Source of the DNA: Acidimicrobiia bacterium
GTDB lineage: Bacteria > Actinomycetota > Acidimicrobiia > Spongiisociales > ZC4RG35
DNA: 64,000 nt
Assembly: GCA_041748855.1 (NCBI GenBank)
Contig: JBGTCK010000038.1
Location: 78,514-142,513, forward strand
Reading direction: 5' to 3'
Under the pieces are notes generated by a model, which searched no databases, was not told where the DNA came from, and saw only the letters and a program-made list of their open reading frames with translations. Shown here one piece after another: positions 28,443 to 37,420 of this stretch (the first letter of the stretch is position 1; the number at the start of each line of letters is the position of its first letter). Position numbers and translations under genes: made by a program.

Positions 28443-29003
28443 TCAGACTGACTGGTTGTGCAGGGTCAGTTCGTGCAAGGCTTCGACCAGCTCGCCGACG
28501 AATTTCAAAGTTGTCTCGTCGACGAATTCCCCGTCATCGTTTACCTTGTCCTGAGCCTCCGAAACGAGGACTTGGGGCACCTTCACCATCGGACAATTGT
28601 TGTAGATCAACGTCTGTCTCAACTGCTCCTGGGCGCGAGCAGTCCCATAGTTGCCTGTAGTTGCACCCATGATTGCGGTCGGCTTGCCGGTCAAAGGCGC
28701 CTCCCCGGGTGGTCGAGATGCCCAGTCGAGCGCGTTTTTTAGCGGCCCGGGAACTCCGTGTTGGTATTCCGGTGTGGCGATGAGAACAGCATCGGCCTCA
28801 TATATCGCCCTTTTGAAATGGACTACAGCGGCCGGGTCGCCGCCGGCTTCGAGGTCGGAGTCGAAAAGAGGGATATCATCGATGTCGACGATCGTGATCT
28901 CGACGTCGTCTCTCATGTTCCGGGCCGCCTCGAGAAGCGCCCGGTTGTAGGAATCGTCGCGAAGGCTCCCCGGGATACCTACTACCTTGATTTTCTGGGT
29001 CAT
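28443..29003 (-). CDS. NADPH-dependent FMN reductase
   Basis: MTQKIKVVGIPGSLRDDSYNRALL..ATPEYQHGVPGPLKNALDW is typical of the NAD(P)H-dependent FMN reductase family. Start at the internal ATG at 29003. Confidence 0.8.
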   Translation of the reverse strand: MTQKIKVVGIPGSLRDDSYNRALLEAARNMRDDVEITIVDIDDIPLFDSDLEAGGDPAAVVHFKRAIYEADAVLIATPEYQHGVPGPLKNALDWASRPPGEAPLTGKPTAIMGATTGNYGTARAQEQLRQTLIYNNCPMVKVPQVLVSEAQDKVNDDGEFVDETTLKFVGELVEALHELTLHNQSV

Positions 29004-29163
29004 AGCGCTCCTTGCGGGCCCATTACCCCTTCCGGTTCGCTCAGCAAACACCAGGAAGTCATCTGCAACACTTGAACCGATGAGGGGTTTACCTCCCCGC
29101 GGTGCCTGGGTAAGCAGGTTGGAATCGGGGCGAGATAGCCCTGCTACCGACCAGGAGCATGTT

Positions 29164-29367
29164 GTGGAAAGGTCAACCGAAACAATCACAGGACAAAAGC
29201 CGCAGGTGACTGGAAGGTCCCCGAAGGCTTTCACCGAAGATCGGGTCTGTGCCGAGAGAGCCTGCAGTACCCGCCTGAACCGGTACAACCGGTACGATCG
29301 GTGTAGCCAGCACCAGAGAGTCCGCTTTCCTCGCGTTCGCGGACGGAATCCGATCGAGCAGGACTAA
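29164..29367 (+). CDS. possible small Cys4/His zinc-ribbon protein
   Basis: The C-terminal segment VCAERACSTRLNRYNRYDRCSQH has a CxxxxC..(N)YN..C..H pattern seen in small actinobacterial proteins. It is divergent from the FMN reductase gene. The start (GTG 29164 or 29206) is uncertain. Confidence 0.3.
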   Translation: MERSTETITGQKPQVTGRSPKAFTEDRVCAERACSTRLNRYNRYDRCSQHQRVRFPRVRGRNPIEQD

Positions 29368-29377
29368 CAATCCGAGC

Positions 29378-29884
29378 TCACAAATCGCGGTACATGACCA
29401 ATATCGGAACAAACCCCTCTTTGGGATGTCGGAAAGCGCCTGGGACGGTGCCTATCACCTCAAAGCCCATCGACTTCCAAAGAGCGACCGCCGCCTTGTT
29501 CGTGGCCACCACGGCGTTGAACTGCATCCCCCGATATCCATTTCGACTGGCCTCCTCGAGCACATAGCTAGCGAACGCCCTCCCCAGGCCGCGGCCACGG
29601 AAAGACTCTGAGACCATCCAACCAGCATTGGCGATGTGATCTCCGAGACCGGGTTGGTTCGGTTTCAGGTATGCGGACCCGACGACGGTCTCATTGGATT
29701 TGGCGACGTACACCACCCGGGATGGTTCGTTGTTGCCCATCCAGATGGCGCGGCCTTCGGCTTCTGTCGTCTCCGGCGGGTAGGGGTACGAGTCCGCAGC
29801 CCTCAGGGTCGAACTGACGATCGGCCAGATCGCATCCCAATCCGATGCGTCGGCCTGTCGATATTCGATAGTGAGCTCGGTCAT
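29378..29884 (-). CDS. GNAT-family N-acetyltransferase
   Basis: VSESFRGRGLGRAFASYVLEEA acetyl-CoA motif. Start at MTELTIEYRQA. Confidence 0.8.
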   Translation of the reverse strand: MTELTIEYRQADASDWDAIWPIVSSTLRAADSYPYPPETTEAEGRAIWMGNNEPSRVVYVAKSNETVVGSAYLKPNQPGLGDHIANAGWMVSESFRGRGLGRAFASYVLEEASRNGYRGMQFNAVVATNKAAVALWKSMGFEVIGTVPGAFRHPKEGFVPILVMYRDL

Positions 29885-30037
29885 TGCGACGATTCTCCTC
29901 GATACCAAATACGGTGCCAACTAAGCTCGACGGACGGAACACACTGGTCCGCCCGGCGAATGCCGAGGAGGAGCACCGATGGGATTCGATAGCGGGGTGC
30001 TCCCCAAGACAGAGACAGAGACGAAACCTATCCGTGG

Positions 30038-30265
30038 ATGGGACTGCTGGCAATCCTCGTCATCGTTGGCGGCATGTTTTTGATAATGCTGTTAGCGGGC
30101 GTCTGGGGTGCCGATCTCGCACCAACCGTGACTACCCCCCGCTCCGATTCGCAGGCCTCACCGTATTCCTCTGATTGTGAACCACGCCTCTCATCAAAGA
30201 GAGGAAGTGGATCTTGCCCGGGATTCGCCGACCTTGGCGTTTGTGGCCTGGTTGCTTCGGGGTAA
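30038..30265 (+). CDS. possible small membrane protein
   Basis: The N-terminal 23 aa (GLLAILVIVGGMFLIMLLAGVWG) form a convincing TM helix. The rest is low-complexity with no homology recognised. Confidence 0.3.
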   Translation: MGLLAILVIVGGMFLIMLLAGVWGADLAPTVTTPRSDSQASPYSSDCEPRLSSKRGSGSCPGFADLGVCGLVASG

Positions 30266-30274
30266 TGAACCGGC

Positions 30275-30496
30275 ATGACTTACGAACCTGTCCCCCAGCG
30301 GATTGAGCGAATCCGTGAACGGCTTGCTGAGATCGACTCCGAGTTGCTTTCGATGAAGGTAGAGGAAGACACCGACAGCGAAGACGCCGCCGAACAGACC
30401 GAAATGGTGTCAAGGGTCACCGAGTTGCGCGACGAGTACGGAGTGCTGACAGAGCGCCTCGACGGCATCAAAGACGAATCGCTCATACACGACTGA
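30275..30496 (+). CDS. small acidic coiled-coil protein (hypothetical)
   Basis: 73 aa, highly acidic, with heptad-like helices. No family recognised. Confidence 0.4.
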   Translation: MTYEPVPQRIERIRERLAEIDSELLSMKVEEDTDSEDAAEQTEMVSRVTELRDEYGVLTERLDGIKDESLIHD

Positions 30497-30680
30497 AGGT
30501 CTGGACCTAGGTGGCGACTCGACCCAATTGGTTGCGGCTTTTGGCGTGGGGTGGGGCGTTGTGAGGTGTTGAAGTCTGGAGGTTCGGGTACCTGAGCCGT
30601 CCCGTGACTACAGAACCGACAACGAGCGATCCGACCTTGATCAGCGACACCGCGGGCTGCTCCACGACGATGGACGACGA

Positions 30681-31691
30681 GTGGACGTCAACGGCTACGT
30701 AGACCAGGCTGCCGAGGCCGGCCTTATCTATATGACCGACGAGGCTCCCGGGTACCGGCGGCACAGGCGCGGGGATGGCTTCACCTATGTGACCTCAGGC
30801 GGCAAGACCGTCGGGCAGGCAGAGCGTGAGCGAATCAAAACGCTGGCAATTCCCCCCGCGTGGGAAAGGGTATGGATCTCCCCGGAGCCTCTCGGGCACA
30901 TCCTGGCCACGGGTCAGGATGCCGCCGGGAGGAAGCAATACATCTACCACCCTGAATGGGACCTGATCCGCGACGAGGTCAAATTCCAACGCATGGGGGA
31001 GTTCGGTGCGCAGATCGCCCGAATCCGCAAGCTGGTCGACGGCGACTTACGCCGGCGTGGACTCGGCCGGGACAAGGTGGTGGCCCTGGCGGTTGCGGTC
31101 CTCGACCTGACCCTCATCAGAGTGGGCAATCGCCGCTACGCCGACGAGAACGGGTCTTACGGCTTGACCACCCTCACCGAAGAGCATCTAGGACTGAAAG
31201 GGCAACAGGTTCAGCTCGACTTCGAAGCGAAGGGAGGCGCCGAGCACCAGGTCATTTTCAAGAGCAGGCGGCTGGCTTCTCTGCTGGCACGCTGTCAGGA
31301 GTTGCGGGGCCAGACTCTCTTCAGTTACGAAGTCGACGGGCACATCGGCGCGATACGTTCCGACGACGTCAACGACTATCTGTCAACTGCCGCAGGATTC
31401 CGGTGCACTGCGAAGGATATGCGCACCTGGGGGGCTACGACCCATGTGGTGCAACAGCTCGCGGCACCTTCAGAAGAGGACAACCAGGAATCGCGAATCT
31501 TGGAGGCGATCGACTCGGCAGCCGAGGCGCTGGGCAACACCAGGGCTGTCTGTCGGGCGTCTTATGTCCATCCCGAGATTCCTGGCGCTTACATCGACGG
31601 CCGGCTCGAGGATGCGTGGGAGAGGTCGCGAAGAGGCACATGGCTGTCGCGCGCCGAGTCGGCCGGGAGAAAGATTCTGGAAGGCCAATGA
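30681..31691 (+). CDS. DNA topoisomerase IB (bacterial, poxvirus-like)
   Basis: LIYMTDEAPGYRRHRRGDGFTY, RIKTLAIPPAWERVWI, GRKQYIYHPEW, RVGNRRYADENGSYGLTTL and a C-terminal SYVHP with the catalytic Tyr context. Confidence 0.8.
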   Translation: MDVNGYVDQAAEAGLIYMTDEAPGYRRHRRGDGFTYVTSGGKTVGQAERERIKTLAIPPAWERVWISPEPLGHILATGQDAAGRKQYIYHPEWDLIRDEVKFQRMGEFGAQIARIRKLVDGDLRRRGLGRDKVVALAVAVLDLTLIRVGNRRYADENGSYGLTTLTEEHLGLKGQQVQLDFEAKGGAEHQVIFKSRRLASLLARCQELRGQTLFSYEVDGHIGAIRSDDVNDYLSTAAGFRCTAKDMRTWGATTHVVQQLAAPSEEDNQESRILEAIDSAAEALGNTRAVCRASYVHPEIPGAYIDGRLEDAWERSRRGTWLSRAESAGRKILEGQ

Positions 31692-31769
31692 ACATCGCAG
31701 AGGGCGGTTTGCCGACCGAGGTTTCCGGGTATTCGTCGTCACAATCGATCGAGCCTCAGGAGGGCACAG

Positions 31770-32369
31770 ATGAAAGACGCACAAGTAGAAGAGTTGTTGT
31801 ATCAGGCTCTGGAGACGGAACTCGGCGGCGTAGAGATCTATAAGACCGCCCTTCGCTGCGCTACCAACCCCGACCTCCGCGAAGAGTGGAAGAAGTATCT
31901 CGAGGAGACAGAGAACCACGTCAGCATCGTCAAGGATGTATTTTCACAACTCGGGCTCGATGAGTCCACGGAGACGCCGGGACGGAGTGTTGTGCGCCAT
32001 AAGGGTGAATCACTCGTCAAAGCGATGGAGATGGCACTCCAGTCCGGTGACAAGGTGGCCGCACAGCTCGTTGCCGCCGAATGTGTGGTGGAGGCAGAGA
32101 CGAAGGATCATGCCAACTGGGAGTTGATCGGCGAGGTCGCCGAAGAAGACAAAGGTGAGCGGAAGAAGGTCCTCTCCGAGGCATACGAGCAGGTCGAGGA
32201 AGAAGAAGACGAGCACCTCTACCACACCATGGGTTGGGCCCGCGAGCTGTGGATGGAGTCACTCGGCATGACCGCCGTCCTCCCACCTCCCGAAGAGCAG
32301 AAGAAGGTCAAGACGGCCATCGGTGCCTCCCGCGCTGCCCAAGCCCGAGACGAGATGACCTCGAAATAG
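31770..32369 (+). CDS. ferritin-like four-helix-bundle protein (hypothetical)
   Basis: Helical, E/H-rich repeats (ELLYQALETELGGVEIY, EEWKKYLEETENH, AECVVEAETKDH, EEEEDEH) suggest a ferritin-like/rubrerythrin-type bundle. The assignment is tentative. Confidence 0.55.
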   Translation: MKDAQVEELLYQALETELGGVEIYKTALRCATNPDLREEWKKYLEETENHVSIVKDVFSQLGLDESTETPGRSVVRHKGESLVKAMEMALQSGDKVAAQLVAAECVVEAETKDHANWELIGEVAEEDKGERKKVLSEAYEQVEEEEDEHLYHTMGWARELWMESLGMTAVLPPPEEQKKVKTAIGASRAAQARDEMTSK

Positions 32370-32407
32370 ATCAGCACTGCAGTACCCGAACCGTGCAGAG
32401 GATTGGT

Positions 32408-32434
32408 AACTGCCCGCGAGCCCCTGCGGGCAGT
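32408..32434. terminator. hairpin downstream of the ferritin-like gene
   Basis: aactgcccgc-gagcccct-gcgggcagtt forms a 10-bp stem. There is no U-tract, which is common in high-GC actinobacteria. Confidence 0.35.
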
Positions 32435-32496
32435 TGCCAATGTCCGGCTTTGCGGCAGAGGCGTCGGCGAAGGTCAGCAATCCTGGTTGAGGAGTT

Positions 32497-33006
32497 ATGA
32501 CAGACGAAGCGTTTGAAATGCTGTCCACCTACCTGGACGACCATCGAGCGGGTGCCGCCGGGGGCCGCTCCCTTGTCCGGCGGATGGCGAACGAGAACTC
32601 CGACACCGGATGGGCGGAGAAGCTCGCCACGTTGGCTGACGAGATCGAAGCCGATGTTCGCACGCTCGATGAGGTGAGGAGATCTCTTGGCGTTCGCGGG
32701 GGTCTGGCGAAGCGGGGTCTGGCCAGGCTTGCAGCGGAGGCGGGGCGACTGAAGTTGAACCGGCGCCTAGTCGGCTACTCGCCGCTCAGCCGGGTCCTCG
32801 AGGCGGAGGCGATGATGGCCGGTGTCACCGCCAGAAAGTGCCTCTGGTCCGCAATGCAGGGCCGGGGCGAGGTCGGCGACCATACGGCCCGGTTCGATTT
32901 CGCTGCACTGGAGAAGAAGGCCGTGGAACATATCGAGTTGCTGACGGAATTCCATACCGAGTCAGCGAAGACTGCCTTTACCGGGGCCCACGGCCACGGC
33001 ATCTGA
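32497..33006 (+). CDS. hypothetical helical protein
   Basis: 169-aa ORF with an RBS-like GAGGAG upstream. All-helical composition and no family recognised. Confidence 0.5.
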   Translation: MTDEAFEMLSTYLDDHRAGAAGGRSLVRRMANENSDTGWAEKLATLADEIEADVRTLDEVRRSLGVRGGLAKRGLARLAAEAGRLKLNRRLVGYSPLSRVLEAEAMMAGVTARKCLWSAMQGRGEVGDHTARFDFAALEKKAVEHIELLTEFHTESAKTAFTGAHGHGI

Positions 33007-33077
33007 CCTGCCGCAGTGCGGACACGGGTCCTGACGTCGATCCGGTTACGCCATGCCCACCGGTAACCTGACTCGCC

Positions 33078-34379
33078 ATGGTCAGGTTCCGCTCTTTTTT
33101 CGTTTCGCTGGCGTGTGCTCTGGTGGTCGTTGCCTGCACGAGCGACGGTGGCACCGAATCGACTTCGACGATTCCGGCCGAGACAACAACCACGTCGCAG
33201 CCAGACGAGACCACGACGACTCCGGCCCGGCTCGTGTTCGAGGAACTCCCCGGCACCGATAGCCTCCCCGAATCGGTTCAGGAAGAGCTATTGGAGTTGG
33301 TGAACATCACCCAGGACCTCCGCGAGCTGAATTTCATCGAGGCACCCCTGATCTCAGTTGTAACCAACGCCGAGCTCGAGGCACTGGTCAGGGAACAGAT
33401 CGAAGAAGAAGCCGAAAACCTTCCCGCTGATCAAGCCCTGTACGAGTTGTTAGGACTGCTCGATGGCGGGGTGAACCTGCAGACTCTGCTCACCGACTTG
33501 TACGGCGAGCAGGTGGCCGGCTTCTATGACGGCGAGACCGGGGAGATGGTGGTCCCGATCACTGCCTCGGGCTTCAGCCAGGTGCAGAGAGCGACTCTGG
33601 TCCACGAGCTCACCCACGCATTGACTGACCAAAACTTCGACTTCCATTCGAAGTATCAGGCGATGTTCGACGAAGAGCGGTACGACGAGGCATCGGCGTA
33701 CCAGGCCTTGATCGAGGGGGATGCGAGCTTCACCGAAGTCCTCTATCTGCAGACCCTCTCCCAACAGGAGCTGGGTGAGTTCTTCGCCGAAGCCCTGCAA
33801 ATCGGTACCGAGCAATTCGAGTCAGCCCCCCAGTTCATTCAAGATTCCCTTCTCTTCCCTTACGACACAGGTCTTAGCTTCGTCCAGCACATCTATATGG
33901 CCGACGGCTGGGAGACTGTGAACGAGGCGTACCAGCGTTTCGTCGACCTGCCCGGATCCACCGAGCAGGTGATCACGCCAGATGACTACGGCCGCGACCT
34001 CCCGCTGGAGGTGACGATGCCTGAGATCGAGGTTCCGGGCTACGAGCTGCGGGAGTCGTCGGTATGGGGCGAGCTGGGATTCCGTATCTTGTTCAATGAG
34101 GTTCTGGGGGACAACGCCACCCTCGAGGCATCCGACGGATGGGGAGGGGACAGGTACTCCTTCTGGTTCGACGGGTCCAACGCAGTCTTCGTTCTCGTCT
34201 ACGAGGGTGATACCGCTACAGATCAGGATCAGGCCGAAGCGGCCTTGCTCGAATTTGCCCGGTCGTCGGTCCCGGACCCCGCTTTTGTTTGGGTCGAGGT
34301 GATAAACGACCAGCTCACGTTTATTGCATCCGACGTTCCATCGGTTGGAGAAACCATCCGGGACAATCTCAAGGGGTGA
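33078..34379 (+). CDS. secreted lipoprotein with HExxH motif (putative zinc metallopeptidase-like)
   Basis: Lipobox VVVACTSDG, a T-rich linker and VHELTHAL (HExxH). Confidence 0.6.
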   Translation: MVRFRSFFVSLACALVVVACTSDGGTESTSTIPAETTTTSQPDETTTTPARLVFEELPGTDSLPESVQEELLELVNITQDLRELNFIEAPLISVVTNAELEALVREQIEEEAENLPADQALYELLGLLDGGVNLQTLLTDLYGEQVAGFYDGETGEMVVPITASGFSQVQRATLVHELTHALTDQNFDFHSKYQAMFDEERYDEASAYQALIEGDASFTEVLYLQTLSQQELGEFFAEALQIGTEQFESAPQFIQDSLLFPYDTGLSFVQHIYMADGWETVNEAYQRFVDLPGSTEQVITPDDYGRDLPLEVTMPEIEVPGYELRESSVWGELGFRILFNEVLGDNATLEASDGWGGDRYSFWFDGSNAVFVLVYEGDTATDQDQAEAALLEFARSSVPDPAFVWVEVINDQLTFIASDVPSVGETIRDNLKG

Positions 34380-34419
34380 ACCCCTGTTCCGCCGATCACC
34401 AGCGATCTATGTTGGGACC

Positions 34420-34743
34420 GTGAAGTACGTTGGTTTGAGGGCAGGGTCGTGGTCAGTCGAGGGTTTGGTTCTGACTGAGTCGTTTCTCGAGCGCTTTCGC
34501 GGTGTGAATATGGCCACGGCAGCGCGCGGTGTGGTCATCCGACGTTCGGCTGTGCACACGATGGGCATGGCACGCGCGATCGAGACGATCGCTGTCGACA
34601 GAAAGGGCCGGGTCGTGGAAGCTCGCACCCTCGATCCCAACCGATTCGCGTGGTTCCGTGGGGCACGGTATCTGGTGGAGCTCCCAGCGGGCAGCGATCT
34701 GCCCGAGGTCGGCTCGGTGGTAGAGGTGGCTCTTGTCGGATAA
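34420..34743 (+). CDS. DUF192 domain-containing protein
   Basis: RSAVHTMGMARAIETIAVDRKGRVV...ARYLVELPAG matches the DUF192 (COG1430) pattern. The start is uncertain (tracked ORF begins at 34324; GTG at 34420). Confidence 0.55.
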   Translation: MKYVGLRAGSWSVEGLVLTESFLERFRGVNMATAARGVVIRRSAVHTMGMARAIETIAVDRKGRVVEARTLDPNRFAWFRGARYLVELPAGSDLPEVGSVVEVALVG

Positions 34744-35572
34744 AGGCTTCCTCTACGTCTGTGCAACTCCGATCGGGAACCTGGGAGACATTTCCGAGCG
34801 CCTCCGATCTACATTGGAGATCGTCGACGTCGTGTATGCCGAAGACACCAGGCGCACCGGGAAGCTTCTGAGCCATCTCGGCATAAACGTACCGATGCGC
34901 TCGATGTTCTCCGGGAATGAGTCGGAGCGAACTGGAGAGATGCTGGGGCGGCTCGGGGTGGGAGAGAAGGTGGCACTCGTCTCGGACGCAGGGACGCCGT
35001 CGGTGTCCGATCCCGGCGCAGAGGCGGTGAGACTGGCCCATGCCGCAGGCATCGCCGTCACCGTGATACCCGGGCCGAGCGCAGTTACTACCGCCGTGGC
35101 CCTCTCCGGATTCCCCGGCGACCGGTTTGTTTTCGAAGGATTTCTGCCACGGAAGGGCGGCGAACGCCAGCGCCGTATTCAGTCGTTTGTCGACGAAGAG
35201 CGGCTCATCGTTCTCTTCGTCAGCCCACATCGGCTGGTTGCCGATCTGGAGATCCTGGAGAAGGCACTGGGACCTACTCGAGAAATCGTCGTCACCCGGG
35301 AACTGACCAAACTCCACGAAGAAGTCTGGAAGGGATCGCTCGAAGAGGCGATCGCCCATTGGCGCGAAACCCCTGGCCGTGGTGAATTCAGTGTGGTGAT
35401 CGGTCCTGCTGATAAGCGGCCCGACAGCTTCGAAGACACAGTGGTGACAGCAAAAGCACTGGTGGCTTCCGGTGAGTCGGCTTCAGCCGCGGCACGGGAG
35501 GCGGCACGTGGCTCCGGCCACTCCCGGCGGGAGATCTACGATGCGCTACTCAAAAGTCAGGGACGAAGTTGA
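34733..35572 (+). CDS. rsmI: 16S rRNA (cytidine1402-2'-O)-methyltransferase
   Basis: GFLYVCATPIGNLGDIS..AEDTR..VSDAGTPSVSDPG tetrapyrrole-methylase-fold RsmI motifs. Confidence 0.9.
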   Translation: MSDKGFLYVCATPIGNLGDISERLRSTLEIVDVVYAEDTRRTGKLLSHLGINVPMRSMFSGNESERTGEMLGRLGVGEKVALVSDAGTPSVSDPGAEAVRLAHAAGIAVTVIPGPSAVTTAVALSGFPGDRFVFEGFLPRKGGERQRRIQSFVDEERLIVLFVSPHRLVADLEILEKALGPTREIVVTRELTKLHEEVWKGSLEEAIAHWRETPGRGEFSVVIGPADKRPDSFEDTVVTAKALVASGESASAAAREAARGSGHSRREIYDALLKSQGRS

Positions 35573-35793
35573 GCACGGCAACCCGAGCAAATGCCCTTTT
35601 CCTTGAATTGCTTGACATCGACATCGGTCCCACAGAACGTGCAGGTGTCGGTCATCTTGCGGATGACGATCGAACCGCCCTCGACAGAGATAAAGAGCTG
35701 GTCTCCCTCCCGGATGTTGAAGAGCTTGCGGGTCTCGGCAGGTATGACGATTCGGCCGAGGTCGTCGATCTTCCGGGCGATGCCAGGTTCCAT
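35557..35793 (-). CDS. AbrB/MazE/SpoVT-family DNA-binding protein with C-terminal zinc ribbon
   Basis: RKIDDLGRIVIPAETRKLFNIREGD is a swapped-hairpin AbrB motif, followed by CTFCG...CSGC. Confidence 0.7.
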   Translation of the reverse strand: MEPGIARKIDDLGRIVIPAETRKLFNIREGDQLFISVEGGSIVIRKMTDTCTFCGTDVDVKQFKEKGICSGCRAQLRP

Positions 35794-35864
35794 TGGGTAA
35801 ATCCTCCTTGTGGGGCGAGCCTACAACGCTGGCGGGGACGTTTGCATGCGGCGGGGCCGGTCTC

Positions 35865-36611
35865 GTGACCTGGGTAGATACCCACTGCCACCTCCAACTC
35901 GACGAGCGTGCGCCGGAGGAGATGCTTTCGCGTGCCGATGATGTCGATTGGGTGGTGGCCCCCGGCGTCGACGCATCGTCGTCGGCCGACTCGATCCGAC
36001 TCGCCGCGGAGTTTCCCGGGCGGGTGGTGGCTACAGCGGGACTGCATCCACACGATGCCTCCCTCTGGCGCGAGCAGTCCCAAGCAATCGAGGAGATGGC
36101 GGGCGCGGTCGCCGCAATTGGTGAGACCGGACTCGACTTCTATCGGACTCTCTCTCCGCGCGACGACCAGATCGAGAGCTTCCGTGCCCAGCTCGAGCTG
36201 GCTGCGGCCAGTGACTTGCCGATCATCGTCCATTGCCGCGACGCCTTCGCCGATGTCCATCAGCTGCTCGAGTCCACGAGCAGCGGCAATCGAGCCGTCC
36301 TCCACTGTTGGACCGGTGGGCGGAAGTGGACCAGACGATTTCTCGAGCTCGGCGTCACCTTCTCATTCGCCGGGCCGGTTGCTTTCGAGACAGGAGAGAC
36401 GATCAGGCTCGGTGCCGAGCTAGTGCCACCTGAGCGGGCGATGGTCGAGACCGATACGCCGTACCTCGCTCCTCCTCCGCACCGTGGTCAGCCCAATGAG
36501 CCGGCCTGGGTGGCCCTCGTCGGTGAGGCACTTGCCGGCGTTTGGGGTCTCCCGCCAGCGGAGGTCGCAGCGATCACCTCCGCCAACGCCCGTCGGATCT
36601 TCCGAAAGTGA
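35865..36611 (+). CDS. tatD: TatD-family metal-dependent hydrolase
   Basis: WVDTHCHLQ, GETGLDFYR, IVHCRDA, HCWTG and METDTPYLAP motifs. GTG 35865 was chosen as the start. Confidence 0.85.
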   Translation: MTWVDTHCHLQLDERAPEEMLSRADDVDWVVAPGVDASSSADSIRLAAEFPGRVVATAGLHPHDASLWREQSQAIEEMAGAVAAIGETGLDFYRTLSPRDDQIESFRAQLELAAASDLPIIVHCRDAFADVHQLLESTSSGNRAVLHCWTGGRKWTRRFLELGVTFSFAGPVAFETGETIRLGAELVPPERAMVETDTPYLAPPPHRGQPNEPAWVALVGEALAGVWGLPPAEVAAITSANARRIFRK

Positions 36612-37420
36612 GACCCCAGTCGAGGGGCGAGATCGCCGCCATGCTGGAACGACACGGGCTCACACCGATCCACCGTCTCGGTCAGCATTTCCTTGCAGAC
36701 GCCAATATCACGACAAAGATCGTGACGATCGCCGCTGTCAAGCCCGGGGACAGCGTTGTCGAGGTGGGCGCCGGCACCGGCACGCTGACTGCAGCTCTCG
36801 CCGAGACCGGAGCCCATGTCATTGCCTATGAGATCGACGGTGGCCTCCGGCCGGTGCTCGAAGAGGTGACCGCCGGCCTCGACGTCGACCTGCGATTCGA
36901 GGACATCATGGATGTCGACCTCGGCGAAGTGCTGGACCGGGCCAGGTCCTGGAAGTTCGTTGCGAATCTTCCCTACAACGTCGGCACCCCCCTGGTTCTC
37001 GACGCGATGCGCCACGTCAGTCAGGCCGGTCTCTTCGTAGTGATGGTGCAGAAAGAGGTGGCATCGCGCTTCTGTGCCCAACCCGGCAGCAAGGACTACG
37101 GGCTGCCCTCTATCGTGGCCCAGATCCATACCGAACCTCGCCTCGATTTCACGGTTCCGCCTCAGGTCTTCTTTCCGGCACCCAGGGTTGAGTCTGCGGT
37201 GCTGGTCATGCCGCGGGTTCCGGCTCCTCCCCATTCGGAGCGGGCCATCGAACTGGCAGGCGTCGCCTTCCGTCAGCGGAGGAAGATGCTGCGACGATCG
37301 CTCGCTGACGAATTCGCCGACACTGTCGCAGTTCTCGAATCGGTGGGCATCGCCCCAACGGCGAGGGCAGAAGACCTTTCACCCGACGACTTCTTGCGTC
37401 TGGCAGGATCGACATCGTGA
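36608..37420 (+). CDS. rsmA: 16S rRNA (adenine1518/1519-N6)-dimethyltransferase
   Basis: LGQHFL..VVEVGAGTGTLT..ANLPYNV. GTG start overlapping the tatD stop (GTGA). Confidence 0.9.
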   Translation: MRPQSRGEIAAMLERHGLTPIHRLGQHFLADANITTKIVTIAAVKPGDSVVEVGAGTGTLTAALAETGAHVIAYEIDGGLRPVLEEVTAGLDVDLRFEDIMDVDLGEVLDRARSWKFVANLPYNVGTPLVLDAMRHVSQAGLFVVMVQKEVASRFCAQPGSKDYGLPSIVAQIHTEPRLDFTVPPQVFFPAPRVESAVLVMPRVPAPPHSERAIELAGVAFRQRRKMLRRSLADEFADTVAVLESVGIAPTARAEDLSPDDFLRLAGSTS

